Position numbers and translations under genes: made by a program | IMG/VR virus record: IMGVR_UViG_3300017700_000931 | Location: 160,001 to 224,000 of that record | DNA: 64,000 nucleotides | Reading direction: 5' to 3' (one strand) | DNA from: a virus | Lineage: Duplodnaviria > Caudoviricetes | Notes under the pieces: generated by a model | What the model was told of the DNA's origin: nothing | What the model saw: only the letters and a program-made list of their open reading frames with translations | The model's database searches: none | In this document: one piece after another, positions 27,489 through 37,911 of the stretch | How positions within the stretch are numbered: position 1 is the first letter of the stretch | Layout: every line of letters begins with the position of its first letter

Positions 27489-28520
27489 ATGAGCGATATA
27501 AAATTTGATTTAAACGATATTTTAATCAAACCAGTGGCGATAAGCAATATTTCATCGAGAGCTGAAATAAACCCATTCACTGCGAGTGGGTTTTTGCCTT
27601 TAATAACAGCTCCTATGGATACTGTTATTGATGTTAGAAATCAAGATGTATTTGTTAAGAATAAAATAATACCATGCCAAAGTAGAGGTGTTGAATCTGG
27701 GCCGGATGGATTTACATCTTATTCATTAAGTGAGTTCATCGAAAAATTCCTAGACAATGGTAAAATTGCAGTCACATCAAAAATTCTAATTGATATGGCC
27801 AATGGTCATATGTCAATATTACACCAAACAATAAAAAAAGCTAAAGACATTTATGGTGATGAAATGATTTTAATGGCTGGAAACGTCGCTAATGCAACAA
27901 CATATATGTTGTTATCTGAGGCTGGTGCTGATTATGTTAGAGTTGGTATTGGAAACGGTGGTGGTTGTTTGACAACACAGCAGTTAGGTGTTGGCTACCC
28001 AATGGGTTCATTAATTGAAGAGTGTTATTACGCTTCCATGAATTTAGACAACCCAGCTAAAATTGTTGCTGATGGTGGTATGAAGGATTATTCCGATATA
28101 ATTAAAGCCTTAGCGTTAGGTGCTGACTACGTAATGATTGGTAGTATTTTGAATAAGGCACTTGAAAGTGCATCTCATTCTTATATAGAAAATACTAATT
28201 TAGCTGGTGGTGCTTGGGAAAAAATTGATGATATTAAAGCTGAAACACTTTTTAACCGAGGAAGAGACGTTTATAAAAAATTTAGGGGTATGTCAACTAA
28301 AGAAGTTCAAATCAATTGGGGTGTTTTAAATCCAAAAACTTCAGAAGGTGTTGTTAAATATCAAAAAATTGAATACACTATAGCCGGATGGGTTGAAAAT
28401 TTTGAATCCTATCTTAGGTCAGCCATGAGTTATACAAATTCTAAAACTTTAAAGAATTTTTGTGGTGAAGTTGATTTGATTCGAATAACTGAACAAGCTT
28501 ATAATCGATTTAAAAAATAA
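27489..28520 (+). CDS. IMP dehydrogenase / GMP reductase family protein
   Basis: TAPMDTV, IDMANGH, AGNVA, RVGIGNGGGCLT (catalytic Cys), ADGG, GADYVMIGS, GMST...SEG; no CBS domains. Confidence 0.88.
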   Translation: MSDIKFDLNDILIKPVAISNISSRAEINPFTASGFLPLITAPMDTVIDVRNQDVFVKNKIIPCQSRGVESGPDGFTSYSLSEFIEKFLDNGKIAVTSKILIDMANGHMSILHQTIKKAKDIYGDEMILMAGNVANATTYMLLSEAGADYVRVGIGNGGGCLTTQQLGVGYPMGSLIEECYYASMNLDNPAKIVADGGMKDYSDIIKALALGADYVMIGSILNKALESASHSYIENTNLAGGAWEKIDDIKAETLFNRGRDVYKKFRGMSTKEVQINWGVLNPKTSEGVVKYQKIEYTIAGWVENFESYLRSAMSYTNSKTLKNFCGEVDLIRITEQAYNRFKK

Positions 28521-28702
28521 TGAATATTCAAGCTGCATTACATGATTTATTAGCTAAGCACGAATCTAGGCTTAAACAATTGTTAATTGAGGTTGTAATG
28601 GGTAACTATTATGACGGATGGAGCTTGAATGGTATTAGAAACGAAATAGTAATTTTAGAAAAACAAATAATTGAAATTAAAAAAGACTTAAAAATATGGT
28701 AA
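28520..28702 (+). CDS. Small hypothetical protein
   Basis: 60-aa ORF with overlapping stop/start on both sides. Confidence 0.5.
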   Translation: MNIQAALHDLLAKHESRLKQLLIEVVMGNYYDGWSLNGIRNEIVILEKQIIEIKKDLKIW

Positions 28703-29814
28703 CAGTAATTTATTGTACACGAGAATCAAAACCAAGTCACACTGAACACATTATTAAGTCATCAGGCTTACATAAATCAATCGAGGTGATTGAAATTATT
28801 AATAATGGTGAATCACTAACCAAGGCGTATAATCGTGGCTTAAAACAAGCTAAAAATGATATTGTAGTTTTTTGTCATGATGATATTACTATCGAAACCA
28901 AGCAATGGGGTAATAAATTAATCAAACAATTTGATGAAAATCCAGAATATGGTATAATCGGTATCGCTGGTTCTAAGTATATGTCAACTACTGGTAGATG
29001 GTGGGATGATAGAAAAACCATGTATGGTAGAGTTAAACATACGCATGAAGGTAAAACTTGGCTATCAGCATATAGTGGTGACCAAGGAAATAAGCTTGAA
29101 GAGATGGTTAATATTGATGGATTATTTTTTGCTATTGATAAAAAAAGAATCACCAAAGATTTTGATGAATCAGTAGAAGGATTCCATTTTTATGATGTAG
29201 ACTTTTCATTTCAAAACCATTTATCCGGTGTTAAAATTGGTGTAACTACTAAAATTTTGGTTAATCACCAATCGATTGGTGCTACAAATGAACAATGGGA
29301 AGATAATAGAAAAATATTTGCTGAAAAATATAAAGACACATTACCAAAAAGGGTTATTGAAAGATTTGAAAACACAAGAAAACTTAAGGTAATGTTACCA
29401 CACGTTAATGGTGAAAACTCTTTGGAATCAGTAATTAAATTAGGTGTTGAGTTAACTAAAATGGATTGTATGGTTGCCGTTATAGCTAACTTTGATGCTA
29501 AAAATTATTTAGCATCAAAAAGACAAGGTATTAGACCGTTCACCTTACAAGAACCGCCTAGTTTTAGATTAGGTGATGGAAAATTTACGATGCAAACACA
29601 AAAGGGCCCAATCGTATCAGAACCGAATCGTTTATACAAAATTAGTCAATCAGAATATGATGTTATCTTTACAACTAACGCTGATTTATTAAATTCATAC
29701 AAAAATATGTATCCTGAGTGTAAATTTGTTGATGTAAACGCTGAAGAATTTATAGAGATGGATAAAAACCCGATAAATTATAAAGAATTGTTTATCAAAA
29801 CATATAATGCATAA
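28696..29814 (+). CDS. GT-A (GT2-like) glycosyltransferase with extra C-terminal domain
   Basis: AYNRGL..AKNDIVVFCHDD, IDGLFFA, FHFYDVD. Confidence 0.8.
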   Translation: MVTVIYCTRESKPSHTEHIIKSSGLHKSIEVIEIINNGESLTKAYNRGLKQAKNDIVVFCHDDITIETKQWGNKLIKQFDENPEYGIIGIAGSKYMSTTGRWWDDRKTMYGRVKHTHEGKTWLSAYSGDQGNKLEEMVNIDGLFFAIDKKRITKDFDESVEGFHFYDVDFSFQNHLSGVKIGVTTKILVNHQSIGATNEQWEDNRKIFAEKYKDTLPKRVIERFENTRKLKVMLPHVNGENSLESVIKLGVELTKMDCMVAVIANFDAKNYLASKRQGIRPFTLQEPPSFRLGDGKFTMQTQKGPIVSEPNRLYKISQSEYDVIFTTNADLLNSYKNMYPECKFVDVNAEEFIEMDKNPINYKELFIKTYNA

Positions 29815-30445
29815 ACCATTAATTAACATATTAACAAGAACATCAAATAGGCCAAATGCGTTTGAGCTAAATAGAAATACTATTTTGAGTCAAACATATG
29901 ATAATATTAATCAAATCGTATGTGTTGATGATGATGTTAGTGAAAATTATGTTAAAAATCATGGTGTTACTTATATTAAAATTGATAGAGAAAATTTGAT
30001 AAAATCAGATACCTCTGTCAACCCAAACACTGGAAAATATTCACCACACAATTTATATTTTAATCCACTAATGGCCGAAGTTAAAGACGGTTGGATTATG
30101 ATTCTTGATGATGACGACCGTTTAAGTAATATAAACGTTATTAGCAAGATTGTTGATAAGATTGAGGATGAGGATACCATGGTGATTTGGCAAATGAGAT
30201 TCCCAAACCATCAAGCAATACCTTCAACAGACACAATAAATCTACCACCACGGTTAGGTAATATTGGTTCACCATGCTTCTTATTTCATAGCAAACATTT
30301 AGGTGATATAAAATGGGATGGATGGAAATGCGGTGATTTTAGATTCATCGAAAAAATTTATAATAAAATACCGAAAAAAGTAACCATTCCAGAAACACTG
30401 GTAGTAATTGGACAAATCGGTGATGGAAACAGAACAGATTTATGA
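29807..30445 (+). CDS. GT2-family glycosyltransferase
   Basis: INILTRTSNRP, SQTY, ILDDDD, GDFRF. Confidence 0.8.
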   Translation: MHKPLINILTRTSNRPNAFELNRNTILSQTYDNINQIVCVDDDVSENYVKNHGVTYIKIDRENLIKSDTSVNPNTGKYSPHNLYFNPLMAEVKDGWIMILDDDDRLSNINVISKIVDKIEDEDTMVIWQMRFPNHQAIPSTDTINLPPRLGNIGSPCFLFHSKHLGDIKWDGWKCGDFRFIEKIYNKIPKKVTIPETLVVIGQIGDGNRTDL

Positions 30446-31173
30446 TATCAGTAATTTTAAATGTATATAAAAGACCATATAGTTTGGAGGACCAAATAAA
30501 CGCAATTAAATCTCAATCAATTGAGATTAAAAGTGAAGATATTCATGTTTGGTATAACCTACCGGATGAGGAAATAGAACAATTCTTACCTAGCGATAAA
30601 AAAATCAAAACCTATAGGTGTAATTATAACACCAAATTTTTTGGTAGATTTACAATTCCATTATTGTGTAAAACAAAATACGTTGCAATATTTGATGATG
30701 ATATCATCGCTGGAAAATATTGGTTTGAAAACTGCATTCGTACTATAGAAAAAGAAGATGCTATTTTAGGTGGGAGTGGTGTTGTTTTGCAAGGAGATAA
30801 ATACGTTCCTAATTATAAAGTGGGTTGGAATGGAAATAAAAGCGATGTTGCAACTGAGGTAGATTTGGTAGGTCATGCTTGGTTTTTCAAGCAAGAATAT
30901 GGTAAGTTTATGTTCGAAGAAGAACCACCTTCATGGGATAATGGTGAAGATATGTTTTTATCATACATAGCACAAAAACATGGTATTAAAACTATAGTAC
31001 CGCCACACCCAATAAATGATGTTGAAATGTGGTCTAATGTACCAGCTAGAGACAAAAATATGGGTAATGATGCAGCTGCATCATGGTTAAATAATAAAAA
31101 TCATTATGCTGAAAGAAATTCAATAGTTACAAAACTAATTGAAAGGGGTTGGCTAAGAGTAACAAAAAAGTAA
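30442..31173 (+). CDS. GT-A fold glycosyltransferase
   Basis: ISVILNVYKRP, AIFDDD DxD motif, NGED. Confidence 0.75.
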   Translation: MISVILNVYKRPYSLEDQINAIKSQSIEIKSEDIHVWYNLPDEEIEQFLPSDKKIKTYRCNYNTKFFGRFTIPLLCKTKYVAIFDDDIIAGKYWFENCIRTIEKEDAILGGSGVVLQGDKYVPNYKVGWNGNKSDVATEVDLVGHAWFFKQEYGKFMFEEEPPSWDNGEDMFLSYIAQKHGIKTIVPPHPINDVEMWSNVPARDKNMGNDAAASWLNNKNHYAERNSIVTKLIERGWLRVTKK

Positions 31174-31928
31174 TGAAAACATTTGAAGGACATTTTAAAA
31201 TGCTATTAGATAAACTGAAGGCCGGAGAGCACTTCGGTTATTGTCGTTTTTCTGATGGTGAATTAAGAATAATGCAGAATCTAGAATTAGTATTAGCAGC
31301 TGACCATTTCAAAATCGGTGATAAAAAAACTGGTGGTAGTTATGCTGAAGAAGACCATAAACACTTTGACCCAAAACAACATCAATTTTTTCATGAAAAA
31401 TTAATGGAATCATATCGTTTTAAAAAGGATAATTATTTTGTTGGGTTAAGTTGTCGTTGTTGTGTTGGTGAAGCTGATTTCAAACAAATGTTGGAATGGT
31501 ATGATGGCGATGTAAATAGCGATAATTTGACTTGGTCAAATTTATTTTTGAATGGTAATTACAACAGATTCATTAGTGAATTTTTACCAGAATTAAAAAA
31601 TAAAAAAATTGTTTATGTTGTAAATGAAAATGCTGATTTATCAGGGTTACCATTTGATGTGGTAAAAGATTTTAGAGTTGGTAAAAATTGCATCATAAAT
31701 AACTATGGATTGATTGACGAGATGAAAAAATGGATGGATGAAAATGAAATAAAAGACCATGTATTTTTATTTTCCGCATCCAGTTTAAGCAATTTTATGG
31801 TTCATCAATTATTTGATTATAATGATAAAAACACATACATTGATATTGGAACCACATTGAATCCATATATTGGTATGAAAGCAAGACGTGGATATCACAC
31901 AGGAAACAAAAAAATATGTATATGGTAA
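31173..31928 (+). CDS. GT-D fold (DUF1792-like) glycosyltransferase
   Basis: RFSDGE resembles the RFGDGE signature of DUF1792; C-terminal IDIG. Confidence 0.6.
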   Translation: MKTFEGHFKMLLDKLKAGEHFGYCRFSDGELRIMQNLELVLAADHFKIGDKKTGGSYAEEDHKHFDPKQHQFFHEKLMESYRFKKDNYFVGLSCRCCVGEADFKQMLEWYDGDVNSDNLTWSNLFLNGNYNRFISEFLPELKNKKIVYVVNENADLSGLPFDVVKDFRVGKNCIINNYGLIDEMKKWMDENEIKDHVFLFSASSLSNFMVHQLFDYNDKNTYIDIGTTLNPYIGMKARRGYHTGNKKICIW

Positions 31929-32335
31929 CATTAGAATTAGTCGAGAACGAAGAAAAATATTATGAATTTATTAGATTGTTAAGAATACATCCAGAAAATA
32001 TTTCTGGATTTATAGAACAATTTAGTATTACACCAGAGCAACAATTAGCCTATATGCAAAAGTATAAAGCTAATTATTACATCGCATTAGAAAATAATGT
32101 ACCAGTTGGTTGGGTTGGCGTAATTGATGATGATATTAGAGTATGTACGGACCCTGAATATAAAGGTAAGGGTGTTGGTAAATTTATGATTAATGAAGTC
32201 ATGAAATTGCACCCAACTGCATTCGCAAAAGTATTATTGGATAACGAGGCAAGTAAAAATTTATTTATTTCTTGTGGTTTTAAACAATTCTCAGAGGATA
32301 AAAACTTTATTTATTATAGAAATTATGGAGTATAA
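31922..32335 (+). CDS. GNAT acetyltransferase
   Basis: PEYKGKGVGK acetyl-CoA loop, N.AS..LF..CGF. Confidence 0.8.
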   Translation: MVTLELVENEEKYYEFIRLLRIHPENISGFIEQFSITPEQQLAYMQKYKANYYIALENNVPVGWVGVIDDDIRVCTDPEYKGKGVGKFMINEVMKLHPTAFAKVLLDNEASKNLFISCGFKQFSEDKNFIYYRNYGV

Positions 32336-32993
32336 CAAACCAAAACACAATCCTTACAAAATAGTAAAAATGTTTGAAGAGGAAGTAGCAGAGTATACCG
32401 GAGCACCTTATGCAGTATCAATTGATAGTTGCACTAATGCGTTATTCCTATGTCTTGAATATCAAAAACATTTATTAAAAGAAAAAGGTCTTTGGGATGA
32501 TTTCAAAAAAGAAGTAACCCTACCATCAAAAACTTATTTATCGGTACCACAATCAATAATACATTCAGGTTTCGAACCAATTTTCGATACCACAATTAAT
32601 GATTGGAAAGGTTTATATCAATTAAAACCATTTCCTATTTTCGATTCAGCCAAAAGATTTACTTCTGGAATGTATGAGGCCGGAACATTTATGTGCCTAT
32701 CTTTTCACATTAAAAAACATTTAAAAATTGGTAAGGGTGGAATGATTCTTTGTGATAATTTAGATGCTGTCGAATGGTTTAAAACCGCAAGATATGAGGG
32801 AAGAAGCGAAAAATTATATCATGAAGATGATATCCATATGTTAGGGTGGAACATGTATATGACACCTCAAGAGGCCGCACATGGGTTAGCATTAATGCAG
32901 AATTACCCAACTAATATGCCGGACCTTGGTGAGAATAATGGTTACAGGGATTTAACTGAATTTACAGTATTTAAAGGTTACAAAAAAATATAA
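32325..32993 (+). CDS. Short DegT/DnrJ/EryC1/StrS PLP aminotransferase
   Basis: FEE..A.Y.G..YAV..DSCTNAL, DSA, SFHIKK (Schiff-base Lys region), GWNMYM; only 222 aa. Confidence 0.75.
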   Translation: MEYNKPKHNPYKIVKMFEEEVAEYTGAPYAVSIDSCTNALFLCLEYQKHLLKEKGLWDDFKKEVTLPSKTYLSVPQSIIHSGFEPIFDTTINDWKGLYQLKPFPIFDSAKRFTSGMYEAGTFMCLSFHIKKHLKIGKGGMILCDNLDAVEWFKTARYEGRSEKLYHEDDIHMLGWNMYMTPQEAAHGLALMQNYPTNMPDLGENNGYRDLTEFTVFKGYKKI

Positions 32994-33817
32994 TGAAAAT
33001 TGCATTATGTTTATATGGTTATTATAATAACATAGCTGATAATAATGCTGGTGACAAGGGCTTTGAATATATTCAAAAGCAAATCATGAAAACATCTGGT
33101 GATATTGATGTTTTCATTCATTCTTGGGATACTAAAAACCAAGATAAAATCCTGAATAAATATTCACCTAAAAAATACTTAATTGAGCCACAAATAGATT
33201 TTCATTCATTAGCCACCAGTGCTGGTATTGATGAAGCAAAAATTAACACTGGTTTCAATAGGGATAGGACAATATACAAACAATGTACAGTTAACGCTTC
33301 ATTAAGTTTTTTTTATTCTAGGTCCAAATCAATCCAATTTGCCATAGAACATGCGAAGGAAAACAATTTTGTTTATGATTGCGTAATATCATGTCGATTT
33401 GATTTAGGTCAAAGAAGTGGATGGCACACCGGATATAATGTCTCTTTAATGGAATTCGACCCAAATCTTGATATGAATTGTGTTTATTCAGCTATGTGGA
33501 AACAATTAAATGCTGGATATGCTGACCAATGGTTTTTTTCAAATCAATCAAACATGGAAAAATTGAGTACCATGTTTGATTGTACTTTAAAAGATTATTT
33601 TATTATTGGTGGGGAGTATAATAGAACATTACTTAATGGTTGGCCAGATAGTAACGTTTCAAATGAGTTTTCAAATGAAATATTAAATAAAACTGAAGCA
33701 CAACCAATCAAATACCCACAATGGCAAATGATTAATAATCATTTATTACATAAATGGCATTTTATCAAAACTGGGTTATATAACGACTCTAAATTTATTG
33801 GGGAATTAAAATTATGA
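32993..33817 (+). CDS. Putative glycosyltransferase-like protein
   Basis: MKIALCLYG...DVFIHSW...YD.VI..RFD...DQWFF pattern seen in glycan-locus proteins. Confidence 0.5.
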   Translation: MKIALCLYGYYNNIADNNAGDKGFEYIQKQIMKTSGDIDVFIHSWDTKNQDKILNKYSPKKYLIEPQIDFHSLATSAGIDEAKINTGFNRDRTIYKQCTVNASLSFFYSRSKSIQFAIEHAKENNFVYDCVISCRFDLGQRSGWHTGYNVSLMEFDPNLDMNCVYSAMWKQLNAGYADQWFFSNQSNMEKLSTMFDCTLKDYFIIGGEYNRTLLNGWPDSNVSNEFSNEILNKTEAQPIKYPQWQMINNHLLHKWHFIKTGLYNDSKFIGELKL

Positions 33818-34395
33818 CAACATTTAGTACACAAAATTATTGGGAAAGTAGATATAAAAATGGTGGGAATTCTGGATGGGGTAGCCATAATGAATCATCA
33901 GTAATATTTAAAAAAGATTATGTAAACAATTTAATACTTGAGTCAGGTGTAAAAACTATGGTGGAATTAGGTTGTGGGGATGGTAATCAATTATCTTATT
34001 TTGAAAATTATGAATCTTATATTGGTTATGACATAAGCAATGATATTATAACTAAATGTGTTAAAAAATTTAGTGGGGATAATACAAAATCGTTTACTAG
34101 TGATATTACTAGCCTAACCAAAAATGTTGATAAATATGATATTGCATTAAGTTTAGATGTCGTTTATCATTTAGTAGAGGATGATGTTTATGAGTCCTAT
34201 ATGCATGTATTATTTGGGTTATCTGACAATATTTGTATTTTTGGTACGGATAATGAAAATGTGGTTTCAGCTACGCATGTTAAAAATAGAAAAATTAGTG
34301 AATTTATTACTAAATACTACCCAAATTATAAACTATGTGATACCAAACCATTTAATGAGAACGTTGGTTTTTATTTTTATAAAAAAGATGTATGA
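33814..34395 (+). CDS. Class I SAM-dependent methyltransferase
   Basis: YW..RY..GGNSG.GS, VELGCGDG, IGYDIS, SLDVVYHL. Confidence 0.8.
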   Translation: MTTFSTQNYWESRYKNGGNSGWGSHNESSVIFKKDYVNNLILESGVKTMVELGCGDGNQLSYFENYESYIGYDISNDIITKCVKKFSGDNTKSFTSDITSLTKNVDKYDIALSLDVVYHLVEDDVYESYMHVLFGLSDNICIFGTDNENVVSATHVKNRKISEFITKYYPNYKLCDTKPFNENVGFYFYKKDV

Positions 34396-35108
34396 AACCA
34401 GCAATAATCGTATACACCCATACAGATGTTTCGGATGTATGGTCCCCATTTTTCGGTCAAACGTCTGAGTATTTAAGTGACTTTAAAAAGTATATTTTCA
34501 TTAATAGTAATTCTGATTTAATACCGAATGATTATATTACGTGTGTGTATGATGATAATGAGGTATATCGAAAAAGATTTCTATCTTGTTTGAGGCAAAT
34601 AGATGATGAATATGTCATCATCCATCATGAGGATATGTTTTTGTACGATAAGCCAGATATCGATAGATTAATTAATTATAAAAATAGATTGACAAATCAA
34701 TATTCATTCATTAAATTAATAAGGGGTGGAAATGGTGAAGGACAATCAGATGAAGTTTATCCTGAATTGAAAAAAATTGATAAATCATTTGATTACATAT
34801 TTGCCATACAACCCACTATTTGGAAAACTGATAAACTCATCGAATTACTTGAATATAGTGGTGGTGATTCTATTTGGGAATTCGAAATAGCAGCACAGAA
34901 GACTTGTAAAGATAGAAATATTTTAGGATATTATGTTGATGATGGTGGCATTAAACGTGGTAGATTACATTGGGATTCTAAAGTTTATCCATACATAGCT
35001 ACGGCTGTGGTTAAAGGTAAATGGAATACCAAAGAATACAAAATAGAGCTTGAAAAAATCAGTCAGAAGTATAATATTGATTTTAAGATAAGAGGAACAA
35101 ATGATTAA
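34392..35108 (+). CDS. Putative GT-A-like glycosyltransferase
   Basis: YVIIHHEDMFL, QPTIWK, SIWEFE pattern of glycan-locus proteins. Confidence 0.5.
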   Translation: MKPAIIVYTHTDVSDVWSPFFGQTSEYLSDFKKYIFINSNSDLIPNDYITCVYDDNEVYRKRFLSCLRQIDDEYVIIHHEDMFLYDKPDIDRLINYKNRLTNQYSFIKLIRGGNGEGQSDEVYPELKKIDKSFDYIFAIQPTIWKTDKLIELLEYSGGDSIWEFEIAAQKTCKDRNILGYYVDDGGIKRGRLHWDSKVYPYIATAVVKGKWNTKEYKIELEKISQKYNIDFKIRGTND

Positions 35109-36471
35109 ATTAATCGTATTCGATTTAGATGGGGTGTTAGTTGATGCAAAAGAAATACATTATGAATCACTTAACATGGCTTTAAGTGAAATGAATCCCA
35201 ATTACGTTATTTCTAGAGAAGACCATATTACAAAATATGACGGATTACCCACCAATGTAAAATTAAATTTACTGTCTGACGATAAAGGATTACCAAGAAA
35301 TTCACATGCTGATATATGGCGACGTAAACAAGAGTTAACCTCATCAGTAATCAAAGATAAATTACATTATGATGAAAGATTGAGAGGTGTATTAAAACAT
35401 CTCAAAGATGATGGTTTCAAAATCTATGTGTGCTCAAATTCAATTCGTGAAAGTCTTAAATTAATGCTCTATAAAACCGGATTAATGGAGTTTGTGGATT
35501 ATTTTATTGCTAACGATGACGTAAAACAACCAAAACCTAGTCCTGAAATATATTTGAAAGCAATTATTCATGCCGGAGTTAAACCTAGTGAAACATTAAT
35601 CGTTGAAGACAGTTACCATGGCCGTCAAGCAGCAATTGATTCTGGTGGTAATTTATTTGGTGTTGAATCACCAAATGACGTTACATATGAATCATTAAAA
35701 AATCAAATAAACAAGGTTAGTGATGGTTTAGTTAGTGGAGCCAAATGGTCCGGTGATGATTTTAATATCCTAATACCAATGGCTGGTGCTGGGTCAAGGT
35801 TTGCAAATGCTGGATACACATTCCCAAAACCACTAATTGAAGTTGGTCATAAACCAATGATACAAGTGGTTGTTGAAAATTTAAACATAAATGCCAACTA
35901 CATTTATTTGGTTCAGAAAGAACATTATGAAAAGTATAATTTAAAATATTTGCTAAACCTTATTACACCAAACTGTAAAATAGTGCAGGTTGATGGTGTT
36001 ACTGAAGGGGCTGCATGTACAACATTATTAGCGAAAGAATTTATCGACAATGATAAGCATTTATTAATTGCTAATTCGGACCAATTTGTTGAATGGGATA
36101 GTAATAATTTTTATTATTCAACTGTTGGGGATAAGATAGATGGCTCTATTTTAACCTTCGAATCCACTCACCCAAAATGGAGTTTTGTGAGATTAAATGA
36201 AGAAGGTAATGTTATTGAATTAGCCGAAAAAAAACCAATAAGTAATATTGCAACAGTTGGTATATATTGCTGGACTAAGGGTTCTGATTACGTAAAATAC
36301 GCTGAACAGATGATAGAAAAAAATATTAGAGTTAATAATGAATTCTATGTTGCTCCGGTTTATAATGAAGCAATCGCTGACGGTAAAAAAATAAAAACAT
36401 ATAATATTGAAAAAATGTGGGGCTTAGGAACACCGGAGGATTTAAACCATTTTATTGAAAATTTTAAATAA
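35101..36471 (+). CDS. HAD phosphatase fused to sugar-phosphate nucleotidyltransferase
   Basis: N-term FDLDGVLVD, KP.P and VEDS (HAD); C-term LIPMAGAGSRF...PKPLI, ANSDQ, EKKPIS, LGTPEDL. Confidence 0.85.
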   Translation: MIKLIVFDLDGVLVDAKEIHYESLNMALSEMNPNYVISREDHITKYDGLPTNVKLNLLSDDKGLPRNSHADIWRRKQELTSSVIKDKLHYDERLRGVLKHLKDDGFKIYVCSNSIRESLKLMLYKTGLMEFVDYFIANDDVKQPKPSPEIYLKAIIHAGVKPSETLIVEDSYHGRQAAIDSGGNLFGVESPNDVTYESLKNQINKVSDGLVSGAKWSGDDFNILIPMAGAGSRFANAGYTFPKPLIEVGHKPMIQVVVENLNINANYIYLVQKEHYEKYNLKYLLNLITPNCKIVQVDGVTEGAACTTLLAKEFIDNDKHLLIANSDQFVEWDSNNFYYSTVGDKIDGSILTFESTHPKWSFVRLNEEGNVIELAEKKPISNIATVGIYCWTKGSDYVKYAEQMIEKNIRVNNEFYVAPVYNEAIADGKKIKTYNIEKMWGLGTPEDLNHFIENFK

Positions 36472-37148
36472 TGGATAAGAATAACAAATATACACGAATG
36501 CAAGAATCATTTTATTCAACTGGAACATCGAACCATGCTGAACATAATGACAATAAAGACTATTGGGATATTCTTCTCGGTGGATTAAATAATCTTGATT
36601 TGACTAATTCAGTTGCCTTGGATTTTGGATGTGGAAAAGGTAGAAATATTACGAATTTAATCAATACAACAAATTTCAAAAGGGTTGATGGGGTTGATGT
36701 TAGTCAAGCTAATATTTCACACTGTAATACCATATTGAAAGATTCTAAATTATACAAAAATAATGGTGTTGATTTATCAGGAATAGAATCAGATGTTTAT
36801 GATTTCGTAATGTCCACAATAGTTCTACAACACATCCCTGTATATGATATTAGGTTTTCAATATTAAAAGAAATATACCGAGTGATGAAGGCTGGTGGTG
36901 AATTTAGATTTCAAATGGGGTATGGTGATGACTTAATCAACCCAAACGGTAACAATCGGATTCCATACCACGACAATCATTATGATGCAAAAGGCACCAA
37001 CGGTGTCTTGGATGTTAGAATTACTAACGTTGATGACATAAAAAATGATTTGGAAAAAATTGGTTTTCAAATTAAAACTATTGATATCAAAGAATCATTC
37101 TCAGATAAAGGCCATCCAAAATGGATTTACATAACTTGCTTAAAATGA
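36471..37148 (+). CDS. Class I SAM-dependent methyltransferase
   Basis: LDFGCGKGR, GVDVS, STIVLQHI, MKAGG. Confidence 0.85.
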   Translation: MDKNNKYTRMQESFYSTGTSNHAEHNDNKDYWDILLGGLNNLDLTNSVALDFGCGKGRNITNLINTTNFKRVDGVDVSQANISHCNTILKDSKLYKNNGVDLSGIESDVYDFVMSTIVLQHIPVYDIRFSILKEIYRVMKAGGEFRFQMGYGDDLINPNGNNRIPYHDNHYDAKGTNGVLDVRITNVDDIKNDLEKIGFQIKTIDIKESFSDKGHPKWIYITCLK

Positions 37149-37462
37149 AAAAAAATATAAAGGATTTTATTAAGGGTTGGTTTATTGGTGATTTCGAACC
37201 AACGATATTAAAAACAAAGGATTTTGAAGTTGGTATCAAAGAATACGATGCCGGAACCATAGAGGAAAAACATTTCCATAAAGAAGCGGTGGAGTTTACC
37301 ATCGTATTAGATGGTATTATCAGAATGAATGGTATTGAATATTATCGTAACGATATTATTCAGGTTGATAAAAATGAAATTAATCAATTTGAATCAATAA
37401 CCACTTCTAGATTACTAGTGATAAAAACACCCTCAGTAAATAATGACAAATATATCGTATGA
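37145..37462 (+). CDS. Cupin-fold protein
   Basis: KGWFIGDFEP, H.HKEAVEF; start moved to MKKNIK. Confidence 0.7.
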   Translation: MKKNIKDFIKGWFIGDFEPTILKTKDFEVGIKEYDAGTIEEKHFHKEAVEFTIVLDGIIRMNGIEYYRNDIIQVDKNEINQFESITTSRLLVIKTPSVNNDKYIV

Positions 37463-37911
37463 AATTAATATCACATAGAGGCAATATTTCTGGTAAGATT
37501 GAATCGTTAGAAAATAATCCTGATTATATCGATAAAGCAATTGAAAACGGTTATGATGTTGAGATTGATATATGGTGCATCAATAATGTTTTATATTTGG
37601 GTCATGACAAAGCACAATATGAAATAACAATAGAATGGGTTCGATATAGAATTACTAAATTATGGATTCATTGTAAAAATATTGATGCATTATTATACCT
37701 ACAAAATCATGAAGATGTTGGTCAATACACTAATTACTTTTGGCATCAAAACGATGATATTACATTAACATCTTTTAATATCATCTGGACCTACCCTAAT
37801 AAACAACTATCAAATAATTCAGTTTGTGTACTTCCAGAGTTATACAACCAAGAAGTACCAAATTTCGTTTATGGGGTATGCAGCGATTACATAGCAAATT
37901 ATAAATTATGA
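37459..37911 (+). CDS. GDPD/PI-PLC-like phosphodiesterase
   Basis: ISHRGN, EN, GYDVEIDIW, LGHD, WIHCKN, GVCSD. Confidence 0.7.
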   Translation: MKLISHRGNISGKIESLENNPDYIDKAIENGYDVEIDIWCINNVLYLGHDKAQYEITIEWVRYRITKLWIHCKNIDALLYLQNHEDVGQYTNYFWHQNDDITLTSFNIIWTYPNKQLSNNSVCVLPELYNQEVPNFVYGVCSDYIANYKL

